A DNA stretch of 64,000 nt from Candidatus Nomurabacteria bacterium (GTDB lineage: Bacteria > Patescibacteriota > Dojkabacteria > SC72 > JAHDCA01): contig JACKFQ010000001.1 in assembly GCA_020632395.1 (NCBI GenBank), positions 34,864 to 98,863 on the forward strand. The letters are read 5' to 3'. A model generated the notes under the pieces. The model ran no database searches and was not told where the DNA came from. It saw only the letters and a program-made list of their open reading frames with translations. Every line of letters starts with the position of its first letter. Position 1 is the first letter of the stretch. A program made the translations under genes and the position numbers. This document shows positions 9,192 to 18,999 of this stretch, in pieces.

Positions 9192-10493
9192 TTATTGAGT
9201 GGGGATAGGTACCTGTTTATCTCGGAGATTGTCATAATCGATAGCAGGCACATAGAAATAGAACCTGCCCGATAGACCGTTATCCAAAGATGCTTCACCG
9301 ATAACTATGTAGATAGGTTGTAAGAATCTCTGTTTCTCTAAAGTATCCAGATAAGCTAGTCGTACCTGTTTGACCAACATCTTATCAACCTGTTTTGGTT
9401 GGTATGGAACTACTGTATCACCGTTCTTTTCATTTAGGTAAACCAAACTCGCCTGATTGTTAGTTATGATACTCGCAACTGTTGTTACAGGGAGTAGGGG
9501 GTATTTACCACACGGATCATTCTCTATGACCCAAGAAGTATACTCAATATCGTAAATATCGGGATTTATTGAGCCACCCCTATCTCTACGATACTCAGTA
9601 CCAACATACACGGAGATATTCGATTTCTGAGTATCGAGATTTACCACTTCGGTTTTGAAATTGTAGACATCGACACGCTCCTGTCCGGTATTTACGGTAG
9701 TAGTTTCTGTTTCATAACCTTGATATTCTCTTTCCAAGCGATCTCTGATACTTTCTGCATTTTGAATATTGCCCAATATCGTAAGGAAAGGCTTGGATCT
9801 ATAGAAATCTACTCGTAACAATTCCGCTTCTCCGCGTGATTTTGCCATAGAAAATGTTCCGTCTGGCTCGATGTTTATCGGTGTTACAGTTGGCTCTTCG
9901 TTTGAATAATCCTCAAGTTGCCATCCATTTGATCGTATGAAGCTCGAGGCAATAGACATAGCATCTGCATCTGTAGGAAGATCGATCTCTGCAGGCAAGG
10001 AGTTAGGATTCAAGTAGTTTATCTGAAGTTTGAAATTTAAGGTTTCTGAATCAACTGATAGGAATCTCCCAAATTCATCCTCTATCCAATAGTATTCCTT
10101 AATACCCCTCCTCCTGATGAGTTCTGGATCGAACCCTAACTTTGTAGCAATATCTTTTGCTTGGTTTTGAGCTGTTAATGAGGGACCCGGGTCATCATAA
10201 GCGTAAACATTTGCTACTAAAGGTATATTGTCATCAAGGGTTCCGGTTGGTGTATCGATCTCGATCAGCTGTTCGGAATTTGAGGCTAATGTCAATGATG
10301 GTATAGAAAGCTTGTTTTCTAAGAATTCCGTAGCTGTATCGGTACAAGCATAATCCGGAACTAATATTTCACTCTCAACATTACTATTATTGATCGAAAG
10401 GAGTAGGAAGAATAGAAGGATCAATATCCCAAAACCCCCGACAAATAGAACACTCAATCTTCTTGTCCAGTAAGCTGCTTCGGTTAATGTCAT
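9192..10493 (-). CDS. Membrane-anchored secreted protein of unknown function
   Basis: 433 aa, one N-terminal TM helix, large extracytoplasmic domain with no recognised motif. Confidence 0.5.
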   Translation of the reverse strand: MTLTEAAYWTRRLSVLFVGGFGILILLFFLLLSINNSNVESEILVPDYACTDTATEFLENKLSIPSLTLASNSEQLIEIDTPTGTLDDNIPLVANVYAYDDPGPSLTAQNQAKDIATKLGFDPELIRRRGIKEYYWIEDEFGRFLSVDSETLNFKLQINYLNPNSLPAEIDLPTDADAMSIASSFIRSNGWQLEDYSNEEPTVTPINIEPDGTFSMAKSRGEAELLRVDFYRSKPFLTILGNIQNAESIRDRLEREYQGYETETTTVNTGQERVDVYNFKTEVVNLDTQKSNISVYVGTEYRRDRGGSINPDIYDIEYTSWVIENDPCGKYPLLPVTTVASIITNNQASLVYLNEKNGDTVVPYQPKQVDKMLVKQVRLAYLDTLEKQRFLQPIYIVIGEASLDNGLSGRFYFYVPAIDYDNLRDKQVPIPTQ

Positions 10494-10521
10494 GCTACAA
10501 TTCTAAGGTTTATATGCTAAA

Positions 10522-12138
10522 ATGGCAATTATTATGAACAAACCTACTCCAACAGTAAAAAATCACCATAGATACCGTGCAGCACCAAGTCCGACCGGGA
10601 AAGTTCATATCGGAACTGTACGTGCATACCTACCAAATTTCTTGTTAGCAAGAAAAACAGGCGGAAAGAATATACTTCGTATAGAGGACACTGATACACA
10701 GAGAAATGTTCTAGGGAGTGTAGAGGCTGCATCACAAGCTATGGTAGAGGCATATGAAACTGTTGGGATAACTTTTGATGAAGGTCCTCATCTCGGTGGA
10801 GAATACGGTCCGTATATCCAATCCGAAAGATTGTCCATCTATCAGACCCACGCAGAACAATTGGTCGGGAAAGGACATGCCTACTACTGTTTCTGTTCAA
10901 AGGAAAGACTCGCAGAGGTTAGAGAGATACAGAATCAAAATAAACAGAAACCTATGTATGACGGACACTGTAGGGATATTGATCCGAACGAGGCACGAAG
11001 AAGAGTAGAGAATGGAGAACCATATGTGATCCGGATGAAATTCCCAAAGGAAGGTGTGACTATATGTCATGACCAAATTATGGGAGATGTGAAATTCAGG
11101 AATTCAGATATCGAGGATCAAGTTTTGATAAAACAAGACGGCTTCCCCACCTATCATCTCGCTGTAGTGGTTGACGATCATCTGATGAATATCACGACAG
11201 TCATCCGAGGGAATGACTGGGCACCAAGTTTTCCAAAACATGTGAAGCTTTATGAGTATTTTGGATGGGAGATACCAGAATTTGCCCATCTTCCGTTGAT
11301 CTTAAACCCGGATGGAAGAAAGAAATTAAGTAAACGATATGGTGCTAACTCGATCGTTGCACGATTACGAGAAGGATATGTAAAAGAGGGGATAGTAAAC
11401 TATGCGCTCCTTTGTGGATGGGCTCCAGACCCTGCTGTCGCTCACAGAGATGAGATCTATACAATGGAAGAATTGATCGAGCTATTTGATCTTTCTCGGG
11501 TTCATAATACTCCGGCTCGTTATGATCAGAAGAAATTTGACTATATCAATGCCAAACACATTAGAAGATGGAGTCTAGACGAATTTGTTGAAAGAGTGCT
11601 TGATTGGGCAGAAAATATTGTTTTAAAAGACTTTGCGATCGACCAGGTTTCAGGTTTAGAGGATAGGGAATTAGAGATCAGAGAAAAAGTAACAAAGTAC
11701 CTTCCGATGTGGAGATCAGAACCAGACAAATTGAAAGCAGCGTTAGCATTAGAACAAGAGCGGATAACAATTCTTTCTGAACTACTAGACTCAACAGCCT
11801 TCTTCTTCGATGAAGATCTCAATTGGACAGATGAGGATTGGAATACTAAGAATCATGATAAAAAAGAACTCGCAGAAGCACTGCAGGGTATACTACCGAA
11901 ATTAGACATCTTATTTTGTAATGAGAATGTAGCACATGAGGAGTGGGAAGCTGTAGTTCGAGGCTTTGCGGATGAACATGATTGGAAACATGGAGACATG
12001 TTCATGGCTTTACGATCCGCAATTACAGGAAGATTAAAAAGCCCACCAATCTTGGAAAGCATAGAAGCCATGGGTTGGGAGAAGACACGAAAGTTTATTG
12101 TACAGGCGATAAATTATCTTGGTCAGATGGAAATCTAA
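10522..12138 (+). CDS. gltX: Glutamyl-tRNA synthetase (probably non-discriminating)
   Basis: HIGH-class motif PSPTGKVHIGT, KMSKS-type KLSKRYG, GluRS catalytic-domain architecture. Confidence 0.92.
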   Translation: MAIIMNKPTPTVKNHHRYRAAPSPTGKVHIGTVRAYLPNFLLARKTGGKNILRIEDTDTQRNVLGSVEAASQAMVEAYETVGITFDEGPHLGGEYGPYIQSERLSIYQTHAEQLVGKGHAYYCFCSKERLAEVREIQNQNKQKPMYDGHCRDIDPNEARRRVENGEPYVIRMKFPKEGVTICHDQIMGDVKFRNSDIEDQVLIKQDGFPTYHLAVVVDDHLMNITTVIRGNDWAPSFPKHVKLYEYFGWEIPEFAHLPLILNPDGRKKLSKRYGANSIVARLREGYVKEGIVNYALLCGWAPDPAVAHRDEIYTMEELIELFDLSRVHNTPARYDQKKFDYINAKHIRRWSLDEFVERVLDWAENIVLKDFAIDQVSGLEDRELEIREKVTKYLPMWRSEPDKLKAALALEQERITILSELLDSTAFFFDEDLNWTDEDWNTKNHDKKELAEALQGILPKLDILFCNENVAHEEWEAVVRGFADEHDWKHGDMFMALRSAITGRLKSPPILESIEAMGWEKTRKFIVQAINYLGQMEI

Positions 12139-12770
12139 TGATCGTACTTGGTGGAGGTGGAGATGAAAAAAGCGGGTATGAAGCTCATAAACACTTTTAC
12201 ACACTCATAGGCAAGGATAACCCGAGAATACTGTACATCCCTGTCGCTCTTGACCCCACAAAACATCCTTGGGACAGTTGTTTATCATGGATAACAAATG
12301 CTTTTTATGGATTTGGCGATATTCATTTTGATATGATCACAGAATTAGACCAGCTATCTGGTTCTGCTCTCACGCAATATGATGGCATATATATCGGTGG
12401 TGGGAACACCTATAAACTTCTCAAGATCATATACGACACAGAGGTTGATGAAGCACTACGCAATTATGAAAAGAAAGGAGTGATCTTTGGGGGGAGTGCA
12501 GGAGCGATCATAATGGGTGCAGATATCTCTACAGCTGAGACATTTGATCCAAATGAGGTTGGTTTAGATGTAACGAAAGGTTTAGATATGATTTCTGGTT
12601 ATTCAGTATGGCCTCACTACACAGAAGATCATACTTCTAAAATAAAAGAATGGGTTAATGACCACCAGATCCCGGTATTAGCACTCTCTGAAGAAGATAC
12701 AGCCACTCTTGCAGATGGCAAATGGTCTTTATCCGGAATTCATCCTCAACTTTTCGATCTGCAACAGTAG
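12138..12770 (+). CDS. Peptidase E-like S51 family peptidase (alpha-aspartyl dipeptidase / cyanophycinase-like)
   Basis: Start trimmed to the ATG overlapping the gltX stop (TAATG). Motifs IYIGGGNTYKLL and GVIFGGSAGAIIMG; a His is present downstream. Confidence 0.7.
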   Translation: MIVLGGGGDEKSGYEAHKHFYTLIGKDNPRILYIPVALDPTKHPWDSCLSWITNAFYGFGDIHFDMITELDQLSGSALTQYDGIYIGGGNTYKLLKIIYDTEVDEALRNYEKKGVIFGGSAGAIIMGADISTAETFDPNEVGLDVTKGLDMISGYSVWPHYTEDHTSKIKEWVNDHQIPVLALSEEDTATLADGKWSLSGIHPQLFDLQQ

Positions 12771-13086
12771 ATCTCTCCAACACAGAACCACCACCCATAC
12801 CCCAACGTATTCATAACATTATCATTGCTTTTACAGCATGACCCTCTACAAAATTCAAAACCACCTACCAATTTACAAAAGCTCTCATTTGACATTTTTC
12901 TACTTACGTCAATCTTTTACTTTCGAAATTATTTTACATCTGTAATTCATCCGTTTTTGTAACCTCCCAGCCTTCGTAATTCTTCAGCTACGGATAATTA
13001 TTAGTAATTGATAGCAAGTTTCGGCATCATAGGATATAATTCTCATGTTCTACATGAGCTAGGTCTTCTACTTGGTTTATGTTCAT

Positions 13087-13157
13087 TGCCGGGTCGTCTA
13101 ATGGTAGGACGTTGGTTTCTGGCACCAATAATCGGGGTTCGAGTCCCTGCCCGGCAA
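13087..13157 (+). tRNA. tRNA-Gln (anticodon CUG)
   Basis: Manual cloverleaf: acceptor UGCCGGG/CCCGGCA (U1:A72), D stem GUCU/GGAC, anticodon stem UUGGU/ACCAA with loop UUCUGGC, T arm CGGGG-UUCGAGU-CCCUG, discriminator A. CCA not encoded. Confidence 0.8.
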
Positions 13158-13335
13158 GTTGATATCATGTCCTATGGACATTAAAGCAACTTGCATATAT
13201 AGAACGAGAACCCTCGAGCGAAGCTCGAGCAAGGTGAGCCACTCCCGCAAGTGTCCCAAGAGCGTAGCGATTGGCAGACACTCGTGGATCCCGTAAAGCG
13301 AAGCATCGCGGTGGTCCCTCACATCCGCAGGATGG
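13158..13335 (+). other. Hairpin-rich element after tRNA-Gln, ending in a second copy of the tRNA 3' end (GTCCCTGCCCGGC) followed by TACCA
   Basis: Several stem-loops with GNRA-like loops (CUCGAGC-GAA-GCUCGAG, GCGA-AGCA-UCGC, GCAAGUUG...CAACUUGC). 13-nt direct repeat of the tRNA T-stem/acceptor 3' strand at 13144-13156 and 13314-13326. Confidence 0.35.
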
Positions 13336-13409
13336 CGGGAAGTCCCTGCCCGGCTACCAGTTCTTGAGCCTAATCCTATAAATATAAGTTCACACTATAA
13401 GTTAGCGGG

Positions 13410-13835
13410 ATGGGTAAGCAAAAAATACACCTGATCTCAAGGATCTCACTATTTCTCGTATACTTCTGGTTCGGAATACTCAAAGTCTTCTCACTCAGCC
13501 CTGCTGATGAAATAGTGCTTCATCTCCACCAAGTCACAATCCCATTCATCCCATTTGACCTCTTCTTCATAGCACTAGGTCTTTTCGAAACGCTACTAGG
13601 AATAGCATTTCTGATCCCAAAGATCACGAAATATGCGATCCCTGTAATGATGGCGCATATGTTCACAACCATGCTACCACTGCTATTGCTACCACAATAC
13701 GTTTGGGATGGGTTCCTTGTACCCAACTTACTAGGGCAATACATACTCAAGAACGTAGTATTGATATCTTTAGGGTTAATGCTTTTTGTTGAAACTAGAG
13801 AAAAACAATCAATAGTATCGAAACCTCCACAATAA
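13410..13835 (+). CDS. Small integral membrane protein (4 predicted TM helices)
   Basis: 141 aa, hydrophobic throughout, no recognised motif. Confidence 0.5.
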   Translation: MGKQKIHLISRISLFLVYFWFGILKVFSLSPADEIVLHLHQVTIPFIPFDLFFIALGLFETLLGIAFLIPKITKYAIPVMMAHMFTTMLPLLLLPQYVWDGFLVPNLLGQYILKNVVLISLGLMLFVETREKQSIVSKPPQ

Positions 13836-13918
13836 GCAACAAACTCAATATTACAAATATAACCCTTCATCACAGCTGTGTAATATGGTACGCTATAGTA
13901 ATAAGTTAGAGGAAAGAT

Positions 13919-14743
13919 GTGATGGTCGAACAAATCATGGGATATGACCCCTTTAATATGTTTCTGTTTCTTTCTGTAATGATCCTACTTGGGTTTTTTG
14001 TACTTCTATTCGGAGTATCAATCTTCCTGAAGAATAATAATGTGGTAGATCTCGGCTGGGGCTTAGGATTTCCATTATTGGCTTGGATGATCTATTTCTT
14101 CGATGAAAATGTAACTTCAGTACAGATGATCTTAAATACGCTTGTCACAATATGGGGTTTGAGATTGACGATATATTTAGCCATTAGAAGTTTTAAAGCC
14201 GGAGAAGATTGGCGCTATCGAAATTTGCGAAAATCGTGGTATCAAAATTACTATATTAATGCATTTCTCAAGATCTATATGCTTCAAGCGATCTCAATGT
14301 TGATAGTCACCCTCCCTTTGATCTATGTCGCCGGAATAGATAGCAACCGTATAAGCATCGTACAAGCAACATTCATCCTGATATGGACGATCGGATTCTA
14401 CCTAGAGAGCCTTGCTGATCTTCAGTTATATCAATTCAAGTCAAACTCTGAAAATAATGGGAGGCTCCTTACAAAAGGAGTTTGGGGGTTATCGAGACAT
14501 CCGAACTATCTTGGTGAAATGATCATGTGGTGGTCAGTAGCCATTATTTCGGTAAGTGATCTTAGTTCAATATGGGTTCTGGTCGCACCATTTTTCCTAA
14601 CAATCATGATCTATAAAGTGACAGGAGTGAAGCTAATGGAGAAGAAACTGAAAGGATACGAAGGATATATTGACTATATGAGAAAAACTAGAGCGGTGCT
14701 ACCAAATCTTAGACTTGGATCGCAAGAGGCTCAAGTCGCGTAA
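13919..14743 (+). CDS. DUF1295 / steroid 5-alpha-reductase-ICMT-like membrane protein
   Basis: Multi-TM; C-terminal signature GVWGLSRHPNYLGEMIMWW typical of the family. Confidence 0.65.
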   Translation: MMVEQIMGYDPFNMFLFLSVMILLGFFVLLFGVSIFLKNNNVVDLGWGLGFPLLAWMIYFFDENVTSVQMILNTLVTIWGLRLTIYLAIRSFKAGEDWRYRNLRKSWYQNYYINAFLKIYMLQAISMLIVTLPLIYVAGIDSNRISIVQATFILIWTIGFYLESLADLQLYQFKSNSENNGRLLTKGVWGLSRHPNYLGEMIMWWSVAIISVSDLSSIWVLVAPFFLTIMIYKVTGVKLMEKKLKGYEGYIDYMRKTRAVLPNLRLGSQEAQVA

Positions 14744-14791
14744 TATGCCCTTCAGGAAAATTTCATCTAATTCGAATATAATTGTCACATC

Positions 14792-16219
14792 ATGATGATT
14801 GATGAACGAAGAGTCAGACAGATCAAAGGAGCGATAGGTGAAGGATCTGGAGAGGAAAAAATGAGAGAGGAAGAAACTGGATCGAAAGTAGCGGTCGAGA
14901 AAGGGTCTGGAGTTGTTGTTTACTGGATGCGTCGAGATCAACGAGTAGATGAGAATTGGGCTTTTATACATGCTCTACAGAAGGCATTAGCATATAAAGT
15001 ACCCTTAGTAGTATATTTTCAGATAATACAAAATTATCAGTATCCTTATCATAGACATTTCGATTTTATGCTACCAGGACTCGAGGAAGTTGAGCGGAGA
15101 TGTCATACCCTCGGTGTCGGAACCCATATAACGATCGGAAATGGGGTTGCAGATCTCATTAGATTCTTGCAGGAAGTAGGTGCAAGTTTGTTAGTGACAG
15201 ATCATACTCCACTTAGAGGACCAAGCTCTCAGATCACAAAATTACAAGATCAGGTGAATATCCCTATCCATGTTGTAGATGCACATAATGTCATACCAGT
15301 TTGGGAAACCTCAGATAAGCAGGAATATTCAGCAAGAACGATACGAGGGAAGATCTACAAACTACTTGATCAGTTCCTTGTGAAATTTCCTGAGGTCGAT
15401 CAATTGGTAGCACGATCAAAACCTCCATCTTTTCAGACACGGTTCAATAAGATCGATGTTGAAGAAATTAAGTCGAAATTAGACCTAAAACCTCCTGCAC
15501 CTGTGTCTTGGCTAACACCAGGATATGAAGCTGGTATGAGCAAACTAGAAGATTTCATAACTGTAAAATTAGCTAATTATGCAGAGAAGAGAAACGATCC
15601 AAACGAGGATAGCCTCTCAGATCTCTCGCCATATCTGCACTTTGGACAGATCTCAGCTCAAGAGGTAGTTAGTCAGGTTCTTGCGATCGGAAATTCTGGA
15701 TCTGAAGCATTCATAGAGGAGATCCTGATAAGGAGGGAGCTTTCGGAAAACTACTGTTTTTATAATGAAAATTATGATAAATTTGCCGGATTGCCCGAAT
15801 GGGGTAAAAGAACATTAGAGAAGCATTCTATGGACACTCGTGAGCATTTATATACTCTAGATGAATTAGAGCGTGGAGTGACACATGATGCTTTATGGAA
15901 TTCTGCGCAGTCTCAGATGATACATACAGGTAAAATGCATGGGTATATGAGGATGTATTGGGCAAAAAAGATCCTAGAATGGACAAAAACACCTCAGGAG
16001 GCACATCGAATAGCGGTCTATCTGAATGATAAGTATGAATTGGATGGTAGAGATCCAAATGGATATACCGGAGTTGCTTGGGCTATTGGTGGATTGCACG
16101 ATCGACCCTGGGTTGAGCGACAGATATTTGGAAATATCCGATATATGAATTACAATGGAGCTAAAAGGAAATTTGATGTAGATGACTACATATCCCGAAA
16201 TTCGTATAATTCAAAATAA
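14792..16219 (+). CDS. phr: Class II CPD photolyase
   Basis: N-terminal VVYWMRRDQRVDENWA; C-terminal DPNGYTGVAWAIGGLHDRPW...NIRYMNYNGAKRKFDVDDYI, characteristic of class II photolyases. Confidence 0.8.
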   Translation: MMIDERRVRQIKGAIGEGSGEEKMREEETGSKVAVEKGSGVVVYWMRRDQRVDENWAFIHALQKALAYKVPLVVYFQIIQNYQYPYHRHFDFMLPGLEEVERRCHTLGVGTHITIGNGVADLIRFLQEVGASLLVTDHTPLRGPSSQITKLQDQVNIPIHVVDAHNVIPVWETSDKQEYSARTIRGKIYKLLDQFLVKFPEVDQLVARSKPPSFQTRFNKIDVEEIKSKLDLKPPAPVSWLTPGYEAGMSKLEDFITVKLANYAEKRNDPNEDSLSDLSPYLHFGQISAQEVVSQVLAIGNSGSEAFIEEILIRRELSENYCFYNENYDKFAGLPEWGKRTLEKHSMDTREHLYTLDELERGVTHDALWNSAQSQMIHTGKMHGYMRMYWAKKILEWTKTPQEAHRIAVYLNDKYELDGRDPNGYTGVAWAIGGLHDRPWVERQIFGNIRYMNYNGAKRKFDVDDYISRNSYNSK

Positions 16220-16253
16220 TTACATATTAATCAAATAAGGAGCAGAAAACATT

Positions 16254-16535
16254 ATGAAAAGAGGAGTGATCACTTTGTCCAAAGATGAAATAAACGAGGT
16301 TTTTAAGCGTGTAGAGATGGAAACATTCAATTCTGAAACGCTGAAGAACAAGATGACTGCAGCATTTGAGTCTGATTCTGATCAGATCTCCATCGAACTT
16401 TCTGAGGATGAGCTCGAGTTTATTTTAGATGAGATCATTATTCCTGCACCCCAATTCGATACTGAGCATACAGATACTCTGAGATCAAAGATCCAATCGA
16501 TGCTAAACGGTTTCCGAGCGAGCGAAATGCATTGA
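16254..16535 (+). CDS. Small acidic hypothetical protein
   Basis: 93-aa ORF with an AGGAG SD upstream. Confidence 0.4.
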   Translation: MKRGVITLSKDEINEVFKRVEMETFNSETLKNKMTAAFESDSDQISIELSEDELEFILDEIIIPAPQFDTEHTDTLRSKIQSMLNGFRASEMH

Positions 16536-16608
16536 TCAACTACTATTGAACTTCTGCCTAAAAAGCAAAACCCTGAAAAATGGTTAAAGATAGGTGGAGA
16601 TGATACTG

Positions 16609-17145
16609 TTAGACTGTTTCGAGACCTGTTGTTGCAGTGAATTGCTTTGCCGCGTCATCATAGCTGATACCTTGTGATACAGCCATTTCACTAACTATAT
16701 GTTCTACGGAGCTTTTGATGAATTTTGTGATACTTACAGGAATTAGTCGACCTTCATTGTTTCGATAGATCTTCTCAAAATTTGCATACTGTATGATCTC
16801 TACAAAAGATGCTACTTCACCTTTCTGGTCAAGCTCTTGGATCTTGTTCATCAGTTCATTATAATCTTTGGTTTGAGGGTCTAGTGCGGGTTTTTTCTTG
16901 AGTAGTTTTATCTGTTGAAGGATATCCTCGATTGGAAGGACAGTGCGAATACCTAGCTTTCCGATATTTTGTACGGGGGTAGAGATAGTAAGCTTTTTAT
17001 TTAGAAAAGAAAATTCGAAATATCGCTTAGTCTCACCAGCGAACTCGATCTTTTTCTCTTTTACTATTTGTCCTGCTCCATGTGATGGATAGAAGACTTT
17101 ACTATTAACACCTATTTCCATAAGTTCGAGATGATCCCTATACAT
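16609..17145 (-). CDS. carD: CarD/CdnL family RNA-polymerase-binding transcription factor
   Basis: N-terminal VFYPSHGAGQIVKEKKIEFAGETKRYFEFSF matches the CarD_TRCF RNAP-interaction domain. Confidence 0.75.
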   Translation of the reverse strand: MYRDHLELMEIGVNSKVFYPSHGAGQIVKEKKIEFAGETKRYFEFSFLNKKLTISTPVQNIGKLGIRTVLPIEDILQQIKLLKKKPALDPQTKDYNELMNKIQELDQKGEVASFVEIIQYANFEKIYRNNEGRLIPVSITKFIKSSVEHIVSEMAVSQGISYDDAAKQFTATTGLETV

Positions 17146-17207
17146 AATATCAATTATACCACAAAATAGCCGATAAATTAATGCTTTTTACGCTACTAAA
17201 AACAATG

Positions 17208-17978
17208 TTATCTCCCACCGCTGATTATATCCCTTATCAATCCACCTCCTACACCCGCCACACCTGTTGACTCACCGGTATTGGGAAGTATCCCTGCTGC
17301 CGTTACAACCCTATCAGCCATGCGAGAGAATGGTAGAGATTGTAAATAAACAATTCCGGGTCCTGTCAAGGTGGCTAAGAACAACCCTTCACCACCAAAG
17401 AGTGCATTTTTGAAACCTCCCACAAACTGAATGTCATAATCGACAGTTGTATTAAATGCAACTAAACAACCTGTGTCTACTTTTAGTACCTCACCCTCTG
17501 CGAGTTCTTTTCTTATGACAGTACCTCCTGCATGGATAAATGCTTGACCTGTCCCAAACAGTTTCTGGAGAATAAAGCCCTCTCCTCCGAAGAATCCGGC
17601 ACCTAGACGTTTTGTAAATGCGATCTCTAGATCAACATTAGTATCTGAGCATAAATAGGAGTCTCTCTGACAGTAATACTCCCCACCAACTTCACTTAGT
17701 TCCAATAAGATGATCTTTCCGGGGTAGGGTGCTGCAAAGGCGACTTTTTGACTGATATCAGAATAATTTGTGAATTTCGTAAGGAACAAGCCCTCACCTG
17801 TAAAAGCTCTCTTGAGACCTTTCATCAATCCACCTTCCATATTTGTCTCCATTTGAATACCATTTTGCATGTATAACATACTACCTGCTTCTGACCGAAC
17901 GCCCTCTTTGGGGTCAAGAACGATCTCAACAGCCTGCATATCATCACCGAAGATCTCATGTTCCAGAACTTTTGACAT
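17208..17978 (-). CDS. AIM24 / TIGR00266 family protein
   Basis: SEAGSMLYMQNGIQMET...GLKRAFTGEGLFLTKF pattern; Gly-rich C-terminus. Confidence 0.65.
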   Translation of the reverse strand: MSKVLEHEIFGDDMQAVEIVLDPKEGVRSEAGSMLYMQNGIQMETNMEGGLMKGLKRAFTGEGLFLTKFTNYSDISQKVAFAAPYPGKIILLELSEVGGEYYCQRDSYLCSDTNVDLEIAFTKRLGAGFFGGEGFILQKLFGTGQAFIHAGGTVIRKELAEGEVLKVDTGCLVAFNTTVDYDIQFVGGFKNALFGGEGLFLATLTGPGIVYLQSLPFSRMADRVVTAAGILPNTGESTGVAGVGGGLIRDIISGGR

Positions 17979-18063
17979 TTGTGTATGAAAGCGAATTTAA
18001 CCTCAATCCATTGTACCCCTGATACGATATGTTGTGCAAGAAAAGTCGCGAAGATCTTGCTTG

Positions 18064-18486
18064 CTAATCAGATGATCTGATCTTGTCACATAACGAGAGA
18101 AGCTCATCTTCAGTCGGAGAGAGCCGTTCTTTCTCGAGTAGCTCACTTAGATTTCCTGAAAAACCAATACTTGAGTCGGGAATTATATGAAGGTGACAAT
18201 GAGGAACCATCTCTCCCATTGTTAGGGAATATACATTATCAGTCTCAAAAACAACCTTTAATTTCTTAGCGATCTGATTTGCCGATGAATAGAACTCCTC
18301 CAACATCTCGTTTGGTAGATCCCAGATCCAACGATAATGCTCTCGCGGAATCAACAATGTATGCCCTGAAGAGAAAGGTCTGATATCTAGAAATGCCATG
18401 ACAGTAGAGCTTTCGAAGATTGTATATGAAGAGAGTTCACCTTTTGAGATCTTGCAAAAGATACAGCTTTGATCATGATCTTTCAT
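18064..18486 (-). CDS. HIT family (histidine triad) nucleotide hydrolase
   Basis: CIFCKI...E; histidine triad HCHLHIIP. Confidence 0.85.
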   Translation of the reverse strand: MKDHDQSCIFCKISKGELSSYTIFESSTVMAFLDIRPFSSGHTLLIPREHYRWIWDLPNEMLEEFYSSANQIAKKLKVVFETDNVYSLTMGEMVPHCHLHIIPDSSIGFSGNLSELLEKERLSPTEDELLSLCDKIRSSD

Positions 18487-18962
18487 AACCCAAGGTCACT
18501 TTCATAAACATCATTAAAATCTCGGTCTACCTCATTAAGATCAATGAATAGCTCATCGATCTCATCGATGGTTTCTGAGAGTTCTTCATCCGGAGTAGCT
18601 GGGGTTGCTAGATCTTGATCTTGAAAATCTTGAAAATCCTCATTTGGATCGATAGTCGCAAGGTCTGTGTCGATTTCCAGCAGAATATTATCGATCATAA
18701 CTTCTTCTCTAGAGATAAGTAAGTTACGGTTTAGATTTAGTGATACTGGAAATCGCTCATTGTATATGTAAGTATAAGCAAGTGCTATGGCAGAAACAAT
18801 CACAATAGCTATACCAATAAACATAGCGATCATCATTCCAGAAGACATATTACTATCCTCAACCTTGATGTATTCACCGAACTCGAGTTCATCAGAACCA
18901 GTATGATCTTGTTCGATGGGCTTCTCAATCATAAGTTTCTTACTTTGTGATGATTGATCCAT
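18483..18962 (-). CDS. Single-pass membrane protein with a highly acidic C-terminal domain
   Basis: One TM (MMIAMFIGIAIVIVSAIALAY); D/E-rich tail. Start overlaps the HIT gene start region. Confidence 0.45.
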   Translation of the reverse strand: MDQSSQSKKLMIEKPIEQDHTGSDELEFGEYIKVEDSNMSSGMMIAMFIGIAIVIVSAIALAYTYIYNERFPVSLNLNRNLLISREEVMIDNILLEIDTDLATIDPNEDFQDFQDQDLATPATPDEELSETIDEIDELFIDLNEVDRDFNDVYESDLGL

Positions 18963-18999
18963 TCAAATAAATTTATTAGATTAGATAACATGAAGTGCT

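Noticed and set aside
13098-13322. 74-aa minus-strand ORF across tRNA-Gln and the downstream hairpin element
   Set aside because: It overlaps a confidently folded tRNA and a GC-rich structured region. There is no RBS and it is likely spurious.
13158-13335. tmRNA (standard or permuted) assignment for the post-tRNA-Gln structured element
   Set aside because: There is no GGGG 5' acceptor strand, no tag reading frame ending in an ALAA-like motif, and no T-loop in the second tRNA-like end. This remains an open alternative but is not supported.
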